A stretch of DNA of 63,545 nucleotides, filler included, from 6 parts of 6 records of this genome joined end to end with filler, not necessarily neighbours in it; one strand, 5' to 3'; counted from the whole stretch's first letter, positions 1 through 9,211 are shown. Notes: generated from the sequence alone by a model not told the origin. Numbers and translations: made by a program.

Positions 1-447
1 GCTAAGACGCCCCGTCACCCTTCTGATTCGATGCCATGTTATCACGCTCATCAATCACCACTTGGCTAAAACCTGTAAGCATATAGATGAAGAGAACCTT
101 GCATGGAAGAGAGGAGGGTTGATCAGAGCCATGTCTACCAAAAATGGAAATCTTGCACCGGTAAAAGAAAAAACTAGAGCATTACTTTACGCAGCAGCCT
201 GCCATAGAAAAGTTCTGGTTATTTAGGTATGAACTTGCGGGGTTATCTTACGGGATCAGGATTAGGAATCCTGCAACTTTATTACAAAAACAAATAATTA
301 CAGGCAATAGTCGTAATTATGGGCGCAACCTAATTTAGCCCCTAATATTACCTGTTTTAAAAAAATTGCGGCGACAATCAAAGATTGAGCTCAAAAGCAC
401 TTGATGAAATGATCACCTGGTCTTTTAAGAAAATTGACTAAGAAGAT

Positions 448-483
448 ACCTGAACCCCATATACGGGAAGGAGGGGTTCAGGT
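448..483 (-). terminator. Inverted repeat / probable terminator after the last fez-like gene
   Basis: ACCTGAACCCC...GGGGTTCAGGT, 11-bp stem just downstream of the stop at 497; weak U-tract. Confidence 0.55.
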
Positions 484-496
484 AAATGGTGACAGA

Positions 497-823
497 CTAC
501 TCCCCTGCCTCGGCCTGTTTTTCCGCTACAGCTTCAGCCTTTGCATCTTCGAGTTTTTCCTTCATTTCCTCAATTCCGCACTGGGCTGCGGCAGTGAGCT
601 TGGAAACTGTCTTAACCACACCTTTCTGCACGGACTCATTGGTCACCAGCAGGGTTACTGCCGCGCCTATCAGGGCACCTTTCCAGAACTGAGAATCCTG
701 AACATCCAGCCCCAGAACAGAAGTTGGTGTGGTTGCTGCCGGGTAAACTGGTTGAACTTGTTGAACTGGCTGTTGATACACGGCCTGAGGTGGAACCTGC
801 TGCTGATAAATCTGATCTGCCAT
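497..823 (-). CDS. Small YtxH-like GxxxG membrane protein, ferrosome cluster accessory
   Basis: Q/P-rich N-terminus, FWKGALIGAAVTLLVT hydrophobic segment, coiled acidic C-terminus; AAGGAG RBS. Confidence 0.8.
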   Translation of the reverse strand: MADQIYQQQVPPQAVYQQPVQQVQPVYPAATTPTSVLGLDVQDSQFWKGALIGAAVTLLVTNESVQKGVVKTVSKLTAAAQCGIEEMKEKLEDAKAEAVAEKQAEAGE

Positions 824-888
824 GACGAAATAACTCCTTAAATTACCTAATATTAATGTTCAATGAAGAGAATAAGCCTGTTTTTGTC

Positions 889-1278
889 TCACTTACTCAG
901 GAGATAGCTGACGCCGGTAGCGGTGGCGATGGTCACGGCCAGACCTGCTACCCCACCCTTGGTCAGGCTTGACGCGGCTGCTGTTGCTGAAGCTGCTGCC
1001 GCCCCTCCAGCAGCTCCTTTGACCAGGCTGCCAATCACTGCTTGATTCATAGACATTTCGCCTGCCTGAACCTGGTGCAGACCGCTGCCCAGTGCTCCGG
1101 TACCAGCAACGACAAAGCCAAAAAAACCAGCGGCCAGGGTCGGTGAGGCCGTTTGCACAGTCGGTACTGCCGGCGGCTGATCAGGTAAAGCTATATATTG
1201 ATGCAGGGGTGCGGTCTGTGACAACGGGGTATGCATCGATTGTTCAACTGGTGCGGTATGTACAGTCCCTGTTTCCAT
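889..1278 (-). CDS. MamC-like Gly/Ala-rich membrane protein (fez cluster)
   Basis: GFFGFVVAGTGALGSGLHQVQAGEMSMNQAV..KGAAGG; paralog of 11308-11682. Confidence 0.75.
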   Translation of the reverse strand: METGTVHTAPVEQSMHTPLSQTAPLHQYIALPDQPPAVPTVQTASPTLAAGFFGFVVAGTGALGSGLHQVQAGEMSMNQAVIGSLVKGAAGGAAAASATAAASSLTKGGVAGLAVTIATATGVSYLLSK

Positions 1279-1286
1279 TATTTTTG

Positions 1287-1928
1287 TTACTCCTTTTCTG
1301 ATGGTGAGTTGTTAGATGTATTATCCGTCGGTTCAGGCTTGACAGTGGTTTTTCCGGTTTCCTTCAAACCTGGAAAAACACTGCCAAATGTTTTCCCCAT
1401 GGCCTCCCGCACAGGACCGCTGGTCAAGAGGATTGTGGCCGCGGCACCTACAAGAAGCCCTTTCCAGAGCTGATCATCCTGAGCGGTATTGGCATACAAG
1501 GTTTTGACCACATCGGACACAGTGGCATCCCCTTCCACAAAACTTTCAACCGATTGCATGATTACCCCATAGCGCTGCTGAGCAGCGGCCTGCTGAGCAG
1601 CGACCTGTTCCGGGGTCAACTGCGGCGACACATACATTACCGAAGGCTGCACCGGCTGCTGATACCCGACAAATACGCCCTGACCGCTCGCCGGATCAAT
1701 GGCATAACCCGGCGGAAGCTGCACCGGCTGTTGAAAGACAGGTTGTTGCGGAGGTGGTTGCTGTTGTGTGTCATGCCCTTCAACCGTCTGTTGACTGTTC
1801 ATCGCCTCTGCAGCCGGAGATTCCTCCAGCCCTGCCCTTGGTGCGGACACTTCCTCTTCAGCAGCCTGCGATTCTCCGCTTGTCTCAGCCTGATCCTGCA
1901 TCGACTCCTCCTTGTTCATCTCCTCCAT
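1287..1928 (-). CDS. YtxH-like GxxxG membrane protein with long Q/P/E-rich N-terminus (fez cluster)
   Basis: QLWKGLLVGAAATILLT matches the motif in 497-823; GGGAGG RBS. Confidence 0.8.
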   Translation of the reverse strand: MEEMNKEESMQDQAETSGESQAAEEEVSAPRAGLEESPAAEAMNSQQTVEGHDTQQQPPPQQPVFQQPVQLPPGYAIDPASGQGVFVGYQQPVQPSVMYVSPQLTPEQVAAQQAAAQQRYGVIMQSVESFVEGDATVSDVVKTLYANTAQDDQLWKGLLVGAAATILLTSGPVREAMGKTFGSVFPGLKETGKTTVKPEPTDNTSNNSPSEKE

Positions 1929-1941
1929 GTCCGACCTCCCT

Positions 1942-2283
1942 TTAAGTATCGCTGAGTATGGTAAGCAAACGCTCCTTCACACTCTCCCGGTGCAAAGGGT
2001 ATTCATTGAGCCTCCCTATATCTTCCCATAATGAAAACGGCAATATTTGAGAATTATACTCAATGACCACGGAAAAAGCCTTTTTGTTGACCCGATACGC
2101 ACCTATGCCAGGTATTTCAGCTATAATCCGCTCAATTTCTTCGCCATCCTTCTCGGCAAGTTTTTTCGCCCCGTTCCAACTAGCTTTGACTCGGATCCGA
2201 CCGCTTACGTGGTGGGCAATTTTCAGGTACCTGATATGATCTAAAAACGTATCAACTATTTCTTCATTCTGATAATGATTCAT
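1942..2283 (-). CDS. HMA-like (HxxGRxR-type) domain protein, FezC-like
   Basis: IAHHVSGRIRV...IPGIGAYRVNKKAFSVVIEY; probable start MNHYQ at 2283 (the ORF extends to 2313). Confidence 0.75.
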   Translation of the reverse strand: MNHYQNEEIVDTFLDHIRYLKIAHHVSGRIRVKASWNGAKKLAEKDGEEIERIIAEIPGIGAYRVNKKAFSVVIEYNSQILPFSLWEDIGRLNEYPLHRESVKERLLTILSDT

Positions 2284-2794
2284 TGTCTTCACAAGCCTCG
2301 GAAACAAATTCAAAATGCACTTTTATATCGACGATATCCCTTACAGTAAGAAAAAGCAGACGCGGCGCTTTAAGGCCATATGCCTTAAAAGACCATTTAA
2401 AGTCCAAATCAAAATTAATCACTTCTTTATCCCGTTGAACCCTGCAATTCAGGGGAAGCTGCCTTCGGATACCCCCTATTTCCAATATGCCGACCAACGT
2501 AACCTGATAGAGATCTTCTTCAATACGATGAAACCGACGACACTCTGTCATCACAAAAGTTGCTTGAGGGTAATCGACAAAGGAAAAATAATTCCTCATC
2601 GCTGTGGTCCGCTCCTGATCACCAGTTTCAAAAAGCATGGTTTCGGCGGCTGCTTCCAACCTGGTGATTGATAATCCTTTAAAATCAATTTCCATCTCAC
2701 TGTGCAACCCTTTGGTTGACCAGCCGACAAAAGTGTGCAGCGGAGCATGGGCGGTAAACTCCACCCGATTATTTGTTGAAAGAATATGGGTCAC
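2264..2794 (-). CDS. YceI-family lipid/polyisoprenoid-binding protein, no signal peptide
   Basis: VEFTAHAPLHTFVG...TGDQER...YPQATF...GILEIGGIRR...YGLKAP; GTG start with AAAGGAG RBS. Confidence 0.8.
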   Translation of the reverse strand: MTHILSTNNRVEFTAHAPLHTFVGWSTKGLHSEMEIDFKGLSITRLEAAAETMLFETGDQERTTAMRNYFSFVDYPQATFVMTECRRFHRIEEDLYQVTLVGILEIGGIRRQLPLNCRVQRDKEVINFDLDFKWSFKAYGLKAPRLLFLTVRDIVDIKVHFEFVSEACEDNESLSE

Positions 2795-2979
2795 TACTTC
2801 TGTTTCTCCTTTAGTTTATACACTTGTTTACCAAACGACTGCGGTGAGAGCTCCCTGACGGCAGCAGACACCCGGATTCCTCAGGAATGGGGTGAACTTT
2901 ACTTAGGCGTTTCAAATTATCTTGCAAGCAACGAACACTTAGCTAATAATTTTAAATAGTTACAAGGTCTGCCCAATGT

Positions 2980-3020
2980 TGTAACTCATTTTCACTCTCA
3001 ATTGAAAGTACTTTTTCAAT
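2980..3020 (-). promoter_or_regulatory. Candidate Fur-type boxes / internal promoter upstream of yceI-like gene
   Basis: TGTAACTCATTTTCA (2980-2994) has 2 mismatches to the delta-proteobacterial Fur consensus TGAAAATNATTTTCA; adjacent palindrome ATTGAAA-N6-TTTCAAT (3001-3020). Confidence 0.45.
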
Positions 3021-3073
3021 ACAGCTCCTTCCGCATACTTTGCATCACTCTTCGCCTGTTTACCAGCGAATCA

Positions 3074-5275
3074 CTACTTTAAGGTACAGACTTTGGGGAC
3101 TGTGCTTTTATATGACAACATGGCAGCCCCGTTGCTTACAGCGGCAACCGTGATCAGGTTATGCAGCAAAGCTCCACCAATAGGAGAAACAATTCCTGCC
3201 AACATGCATCCCAAAGCCAGGGAATTGAGGCCGATGGCCAGTAAGTGATTAACCTGGATAACCCGCACAGCATGCTGCCCCGTTGAAAAAACAGCTACCA
3301 ACTGGTGCGCATGGCCATCCTGAAGTACTATATCCGCATACTCCACGGCAACATCAGCTCCTCCCCTCCCAACAGACAAACTCAAATCGGCTGCCGCAAA
3401 CGCCGGAGTATCGTTAATGCCATCACCGAACATGGCCACCACGTCTTCCGGATGCTGTTTTTTCCACCTGCTTATCCACTCTGCTTTATTCTCTGGACTT
3501 TGTTCACATAAAATCTCATCAAACTGCATCTGTTCCCGGATACCCATTACCCCGGACTCCCCATCCCCCGTCAGAAGTACCACCCTTTTAATCCCGATCG
3601 CCTTAAGCTGGTCTACCAAGGTATCCATATTCCTTTTAATGATGCTGCCAGTCTCAATGATACCGACCAGGATTCCGTTAACAGCGATATAAAGGTTGCC
3701 CATTCCATGGGAACAGGGTTGCTCACCAGCATGCAGCGCCATATCCACCTGTACCCGGTGCTCCTCAAGCAACTGTTTGTTGCCGACAAGAACCTGAGAT
3801 GTACCAACTGCAGCCTCAATACCCCTGCCGGGAATCATTTGAGCCTCTTCGCAGCAAAGACGGTTGATTCCCAAAGCCTTTGCTTCACTGATCACAGCCC
3901 TGCCCAATGGGTGTTGACAGCTCTTCTGCACGCTGGCGGCAAACTGCAGGAGTTCTTCTTGCGAATAATTGTCGTCAAGGACCTTTATGGCTCTTACCTC
4001 TGCCACAGGGTCGGTGATAGTCCCGGTCTTATCAACAACCAGCACATTCACCTTGCCGGCAATCTCAACATATCGACCGCCTTTAATAAATATTCCGGAG
4101 ATTGCAGCATTGCTCATGGCAGCACTGACAGTAACAGAGGTGGATAATCGCAGCGCACAGGGACAGGTTATAATCAGCACTGTCATGGCCATCACCGGAT
4201 TACCTGTCAGAAGAAGAGTGGCCCCTGCCAGCGACAATGAAAAAGGTACCAGCTTCCTGGAAATATTCTGGCTGGTTCGCTGCAATTCGCCCATGTCCTG
4301 CTCTGCGTTTTCAATCAGCTTCAGTATTGCTGCCAGACGTGTCGACTCTCCGGTGTGAGTGACCCTGAGCTGTACATCCCCCTCTTCAAGAAATGTTCCG
4401 GTAAAAAGAGTATTCCCCTCCTGTTTTACGACAGGAAGTTCTTCCCCTGTCAAAATAGATTCGTTGATGATTGCCCGACCATGAATCACAGTCCCGTCAA
4501 CCGGCACACTGTTGCCTGTACGGAGGGTTATAATATCCCCTGGGACCAGATCAGTCGAATCCACCTCTATCTCAACACCATCGCGCACAAGCCAGACAGA
4601 GCTGAGCTTGCCGGTAAGCATCTCCCTGACAGCCCGCCTTGTTTTTCCCTGGATTCGGGCTTCGAGCCAATTACTCAGGTTAAACAACCAGAATACAGTG
4701 AGCGCAGCCACCCCATTGCCCATGGCAATGGTAACATACAGCATCCCGATGGATATCAGCCCCATGTCGGGCTGACCTGTTTTCTTCAATTTTTCCACAG
4801 CCTGCCGCTGAATCGGCAGAGAAAAATAAATTGCAAGCAGGGATGGCAGGCTTATAATCGGCGTTGTTGTTGTGGTGGTGCTGAACAGCACAGCGCGCCC
4901 AAATCTTTTAATTGCCAGATAACAGAGATACAGCCCGGTAAGGGCAAGGGCAGTGCCCGAAACATGATTTCGACAAACCCTCTTCCCTTTGTTCCTCTCA
5001 CAACAGGACTTTTTTACCCCAAGGCTGAGGTCACTGTTTCCGCCCTGCTTCTCCTCCAGAACCGCGTAAACCTCCTCACAGATAAAAGCGAGAGGTAAAG
5101 GTCCGGCGACATGTTCCACGATAACAGACCCGCTCGTGCTCCTGACGAGTACAGCATCAGCCCCCTTGGCCTCCTGCAACCTGAGCTGAATTTGACGACA
5201 GACAGCTCCCTGCCCTTTAAGAATAGGGAAACAGACCCTGGTTCTATACGATTTACGATGCTTAACTCGGTACAT
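3074..5275 (-). CDS. Heavy-metal P1B-type ATPase (CPC, TM6 HN)
   Basis: LTGE, ITCPCALRL, DKTGT, QHP, GDGINDTP, LLHNLIT. Confidence 0.9.
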   Translation of the reverse strand: MYRVKHRKSYRTRVCFPILKGQGAVCRQIQLRLQEAKGADAVLVRSTSGSVIVEHVAGPLPLAFICEEVYAVLEEKQGGNSDLSLGVKKSCCERNKGKRVCRNHVSGTALALTGLYLCYLAIKRFGRAVLFSTTTTTTPIISLPSLLAIYFSLPIQRQAVEKLKKTGQPDMGLISIGMLYVTIAMGNGVAALTVFWLFNLSNWLEARIQGKTRRAVREMLTGKLSSVWLVRDGVEIEVDSTDLVPGDIITLRTGNSVPVDGTVIHGRAIINESILTGEELPVVKQEGNTLFTGTFLEEGDVQLRVTHTGESTRLAAILKLIENAEQDMGELQRTSQNISRKLVPFSLSLAGATLLLTGNPVMAMTVLIITCPCALRLSTSVTVSAAMSNAAISGIFIKGGRYVEIAGKVNVLVVDKTGTITDPVAEVRAIKVLDDNYSQEELLQFAASVQKSCQHPLGRAVISEAKALGINRLCCEEAQMIPGRGIEAAVGTSQVLVGNKQLLEEHRVQVDMALHAGEQPCSHGMGNLYIAVNGILVGIIETGSIIKRNMDTLVDQLKAIGIKRVVLLTGDGESGVMGIREQMQFDEILCEQSPENKAEWISRWKKQHPEDVVAMFGDGINDTPAFAAADLSLSVGRGGADVAVEYADIVLQDGHAHQLVAVFSTGQHAVRVIQVNHLLAIGLNSLALGCMLAGIVSPIGGALLHNLITVAAVSNGAAMLSYKSTVPKVCTLK

Positions 5276-5412
5276 AGATTCCAGACAGCAATAAAGATAG
5301 ATAAAAGACTACAAAAGATGGAGCCACATAGACTGCCCTTTGGTGAACATTCTTCGCTATGTACAAATGGCCACAATAATCACGAGAACATCCTCGCCTT
5401 TTTCCGCACTCC

Positions 5413-7737
5413 TCATGTTAACATTTGTTTACATTGCTCGGTCCTGTTGGAACATCCTGCCCCCTTACTTCTGCAGCTTCGAGCACAACTGCTACACCTG
5501 TCCATTGGCTCCACCGGCGGTTCCCAGCTCAGCAATCGCCCTGAATTAATCAGTATACCGCCAGTATGAAAGACATGAATCATTCCTGCCATAATCGGCG
5601 ACAGAATTCCCAGCATACCGAGCGCTGCCCCAACCAGGTCTGTGGATACGGCAAAATAGTGATTCTGATCAATAACCTCCATGGTTCTGTGGCTCAGGTT
5701 CCTCACTTTCATCAACCCTTCCAGGTTAGAATCAGCCAGGGCAATATCCGCCGCTTCCATGGATACTTCAGCACCGCCTGCCCCCATTGCGATCCCAACA
5801 TCAGCGCGCGCCAGAGCCAGGGCATCATTAACACCGTCCCCAACCATAACTACGGGGTTGGTCTGTTTTAATTCGTCCACACGTATCGCCTTTTCTTCAG
5901 GAAGAAGCGAAGCCCGGCAGTCGTCAAAAGGAAATACATCCATCATTGACCTGGCCACATCGTCATGATCCCCTGTCACAAGATGCAGCCCCTTAACACC
6001 GTCTCCACGAAGACAATGGAGAACCCGTACCGTTTCCGGCCGTACCGGATTAGCAACCCCTATCATTCCCTGCGCCCTTCCATTTTTAGCCACATAGACC
6101 ACAGTGTTGCCGGAATGCTTCAGATTGGTTGCCTTCTTCTCAAACCAGGTGGTATCGATTTGGTGTTCATCCATAAACTGACGATTACCAACTATAACTA
6201 CTGCATCGCCGCCGATGGTACAGAGCACACCACGGCCAGCCTTGAACTCGCACACCGCGTGGGGGTCGGGAGAGAGGTTTCGCGCATCGGCTTCAGCTAA
6301 AATCGCTTTTGCCATGGGATGCTGATTATGTGACTCCGCTGTTGCGGCCATGGTTAGGATGGTATCGGCAGTCAGGTTAGGCGTTCTGCCGGTTATGGAA
6401 ATAATTTCAGGCAGTTCCGCAGTCAGGGTACCGGTTTTATCCAGGCAGTAAATATCCGCCTTCCCCACGGTTTCAAGGTAAAGTCCCCCTTTAATCAATA
6501 TCTGGTGTTTTGCCGCATTGGTTACCGCTGCAGTAACGGCGGAGGAGGCGGCAAGGACAGTGGCACAAGGGCACGACATCACCAGCATCACAGTCAGGGC
6601 CCTCATGGGATCCAGGGTGAAAAGAAAGGTCAGGGCTGTAGCTGCAAGCCCTATTTTCATCAGCCGGGATGCAAGCTGATCGGCCTTCTGTTCCACTGGT
6701 GCTTTATTTTGCAGGGAATCTTCCACCATTTTCATAATATGGGCAAGATACGTATCCTCACCGGTACGCTCAGTATCAATAAAAAGTATCCCCTGGCTGA
6801 CAATGGTACCGGCATGAACGCTGTCCCCCATGCCACGTAAAATGGTCTCAGCACTACCATTGATGGACGATTCATCAACATCGGCTTCACCTTCCTTTAC
6901 CCTTCCATCAACCGGAATCTTTTCGCCGGTGTGCACCACCACTACATCACCTGGCTGTATATCGGCAACCGGTGTTTCCACCTCCATCCCATCAATCAGG
7001 ATAAAGGCATTTGCAGGAGCGACTTCAAGAATATCACGAATGGCCTGGCGAGATCGCTGGGCAACATACTCCTCGGTGAGCTCGGCGACATTATAGATCC
7101 AGATTATCTGCAATGCGGAAAAGGCCTGCCCCATGGCAATGGTGGCAATGGTACCGGCTGCAAGAAATGGTTTAACCGTCAATTTCTTTTTCTCTGCTGT
7201 ATCCTTTGCAGCCTCAGCAAGCAGCGGAACAGCACCGGCCATCGCAGCAATACCGATTAAACTCAGCGGTGTTTGCACCAGGGGCAACCTGAAAATCCAG
7301 ATCCTGGCGGCTGCATAGACCATCATTCCAGTCAACCAGAAAACCCTTCTCACCTTTTTCGAGAAAGATTCCCCGGAGTCTGCATCACAGACTTCGCAAT
7401 AATTCTGAAAACCTGGAAGTTTTTCTTCAGGTTCTGTAAAAGCAACGGGGTGCCGGAGCTGTTCAATTATTTCAGCCAGCAACAAGCGAAGATGTGTTTT
7501 TTCCCCATCAAAAATAATAATAACAGATCCTGTCACAGGACGGGTTTCAACCTGGCTCACTCCTGATACACGCAGCAACCGCTCCCGCATCCAGCCTGAG
7601 GCAGCATCCTTGCGCCGCAAATTTCGCACGCTAACACGTATACGGCCGGCAATGGACTGCTTCACCTGTATGCCATTTTTTTTCAACGTGGACTTTTTTA
7701 TATAATCCGTACTCCCAACCGGGACGATAACGTTCAT
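5413..7737 (-). CDS. Heavy-metal P1B-type ATPase (CPC), FezH-like, with degenerate TGE motif and Cys-rich tail
   Basis: N-terminal GRIR, SSINGSAE, MSCPCA, DKTGT, QHP, GDGVND, HVFHT, C-terminal CSSCARSC. Confidence 0.9.
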   Translation of the reverse strand: MNVIVPVGSTDYIKKSTLKKNGIQVKQSIAGRIRVSVRNLRRKDAASGWMRERLLRVSGVSQVETRPVTGSVIIIFDGEKTHLRLLLAEIIEQLRHPVAFTEPEEKLPGFQNYCEVCDADSGESFSKKVRRVFWLTGMMVYAAARIWIFRLPLVQTPLSLIGIAAMAGAVPLLAEAAKDTAEKKKLTVKPFLAAGTIATIAMGQAFSALQIIWIYNVAELTEEYVAQRSRQAIRDILEVAPANAFILIDGMEVETPVADIQPGDVVVVHTGEKIPVDGRVKEGEADVDESSINGSAETILRGMGDSVHAGTIVSQGILFIDTERTGEDTYLAHIMKMVEDSLQNKAPVEQKADQLASRLMKIGLAATALTFLFTLDPMRALTVMLVMSCPCATVLAASSAVTAAVTNAAKHQILIKGGLYLETVGKADIYCLDKTGTLTAELPEIISITGRTPNLTADTILTMAATAESHNQHPMAKAILAEADARNLSPDPHAVCEFKAGRGVLCTIGGDAVVIVGNRQFMDEHQIDTTWFEKKATNLKHSGNTVVYVAKNGRAQGMIGVANPVRPETVRVLHCLRGDGVKGLHLVTGDHDDVARSMMDVFPFDDCRASLLPEEKAIRVDELKQTNPVVMVGDGVNDALALARADVGIAMGAGGAEVSMEAADIALADSNLEGLMKVRNLSHRTMEVIDQNHYFAVSTDLVGAALGMLGILSPIMAGMIHVFHTGGILINSGRLLSWEPPVEPMDRCSSCARSCRSKGAGCSNRTEQCKQMLT

Positions 7738-7802
7738 TATAGTTTACCTTGTCATTGGAATATCACGTGAATCACAATAGATAGCTTTCTGTCTTAGGGC
7801 CT

Positions 7803-7817
7803 TGCAATAATATTGCA
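7803..7817. promoter_or_regulatory. Perfect 7-1-7 palindrome in divergent intergenic region
   Basis: TGCAATA-A-TATTGCA between 7737(-) and 7954(+). Confidence 0.45.
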
Positions 7818-7850
7818 GACAACAAACAAAAACCTTGTATTTTTAAACAC

Positions 7851-7879
7851 TTGACAGCAATTCCCTCCTGTTATACTTT
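7851..7879 (+). promoter_or_regulatory. Sigma70-like promoter for the two small + strand genes
   Basis: TTGACA (7851) then TGnTATACT / TACTTT at 17-bp spacing. Confidence 0.5.
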
Positions 7880-7953
7880 AATTACTAAACTAGGAAATAA
7901 TAACGAATTTAACTCGTTTTAACTTTATCCATACATTATTACAGGAGACCACC

Positions 7954-8139
7954 ATGATTTACCTCCCCCTTACTACCACCCCTCTGGGATGGCTTATTCT
8001 GGGTGCCAGCGGCTATGCACTGTACAAAGCCGGTAAAAAGAAAGGAGAAGAAGAGTCCGCAGCATCCCAAATCACTGAGCTTCCTGCTCCGTCTGCAGCA
8101 GAGGCCTCCAGCAATGAAAATGAAAAAGGAGTAAAATAA
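7954..8139 (+). CDS. Small membrane protein (61 aa), fez cluster
   Basis: AGGAG RBS; LTTTPLGWLILGASGYALYKAGKK motif shared with the next gene. Confidence 0.75.
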   Translation: MIYLPLTTTPLGWLILGASGYALYKAGKKKGEEESAASQITELPAPSAAEASSNENEKGVK

Positions 8140-8420
8140 TGTCACATCCAGCACTCTTTATCCCATTATTAACCACAAACCCTGTTGGCTGGGCCGTTCT
8201 CGGCACCGCCGGGTATCTTGCCTACAAGTCCGGCAAAAAAGCCGGAAAAAAAAGCGACGAGCTGATTGAGAAGGAGCCCCTTCATGACCGTGTTGTAAAA
8301 GGGGCAATGAAGTCGGCCTACAAAACCAAGATGAAAGTGGACGAGTCCCTGAGCGGTACCAAAGAAAAGTATTCATCCATGTGGCGCGAAGCACAGGATG
8401 AGGTTGCAGACAAGGCATAA
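8139..8420 (+). CDS. Small membrane protein (93 aa), paralog of 7954-8139
   Basis: TAATG stop/start overlap, AAGGAG RBS; LTTNPVGWAVLGTAGYLAYKSGKK. Confidence 0.8.
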   Translation: MSHPALFIPLLTTNPVGWAVLGTAGYLAYKSGKKAGKKSDELIEKEPLHDRVVKGAMKSAYKTKMKVDESLSGTKEKYSSMWREAQDEVADKA

Positions 8421-8432
8421 ACTCAAGAGAAC

Positions 8433-9194
8433 TTATGCTCCGTTACCGGACGAGCCTTTCTTCTCATCGTCTGGTTCAGCACCTTTCACAATCACATTTT
8501 CGGCTTGGGCTGGGGTTAGGTATAAACGTAACCCCCCCGGGCTTGAAATAGTGATGGGTTCAACTCCGGGTTTATGAGCACCCTGGGCCTGTTCAATGGC
8601 TTCTAAGGTCAGAATTTCTCCCATACTGACTCCGTGCGTCAGCAGATGTTGCCGGGCTTTTTTGCCACCGATGATATCGAGTACCGTAAAAGGTTTGCCC
8701 TGTCTGGCAAAATAAAACTGCTGTTCGTCCTCTTCCTCACACTGACCCCAAATGCGTGCTGCTTCACTTTCCGAAAGCCGGGTTCGTTCTTTCCCATCCA
8801 GCAGTGTTATATAATCCATATGCGGCAACGCCCTGATAAATGAGACCTCACTCCCCTCAACAATCCCCATCTTGCCAAGGGCGTTAATGCAGCCCATGCC
8901 GCACGACATGGTCTCAACATGTCCTTTTTCCTTCCGTTTCATCTCCACCAACGGTTTACGCTCATCATTATCAAGATGAACGAATACCTTTATCCCGAGT
9001 CCGGCAGGGACGATTATATCTCCTTGCAAGCCATGTATACGAACAGGGTGATAATTAATCTCGCGATCATGGCGTGTCATACTGCTACCTACAAACAACC
9101 CAAGCCGCTGCAGCCATGAAGCAAGATTTGGCCGAGTGATCTTGAGAAGGATCAATTCTTTGTTAACCGGCGCATCAATAAGTGATGAATACAT
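8433..9194 (-). CDS. Multi-FeoA-domain protein (three FeoA-like repeats)
   Basis: Repeats LQRLGLFVGS / LGKMGIVEGS / LLTHGVSMGE resemble the FeoA LxxLGxxxG motif. Confidence 0.7.
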   Translation of the reverse strand: MYSSLIDAPVNKELILLKITRPNLASWLQRLGLFVGSSMTRHDREINYHPVRIHGLQGDIIVPAGLGIKVFVHLDNDERKPLVEMKRKEKGHVETMSCGMGCINALGKMGIVEGSEVSFIRALPHMDYITLLDGKERTRLSESEAARIWGQCEEEDEQQFYFARQGKPFTVLDIIGGKKARQHLLTHGVSMGEILTLEAIEQAQGAHKPGVEPITISSPGGLRLYLTPAQAENVIVKGAEPDDEKKGSSGNGA

Positions 9195-9211
9195 AGGCTC
9201 TATTGGTAAAA

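Noticed and set aside
2820-2960. Possible riboswitch upstream of the yceI-like gene
   Set aside because: Hairpins exist (CACCC..ATTCC/GGAAT..GGGTG) but no recognisable consensus such as yybP-ykoY, NiCo, c-di-GMP or cobalamin.
434-7566. Numerous + strand ORFs antisense to the fez-like genes
   Set aside because: No motifs; antisense shadows of real minus-strand genes.
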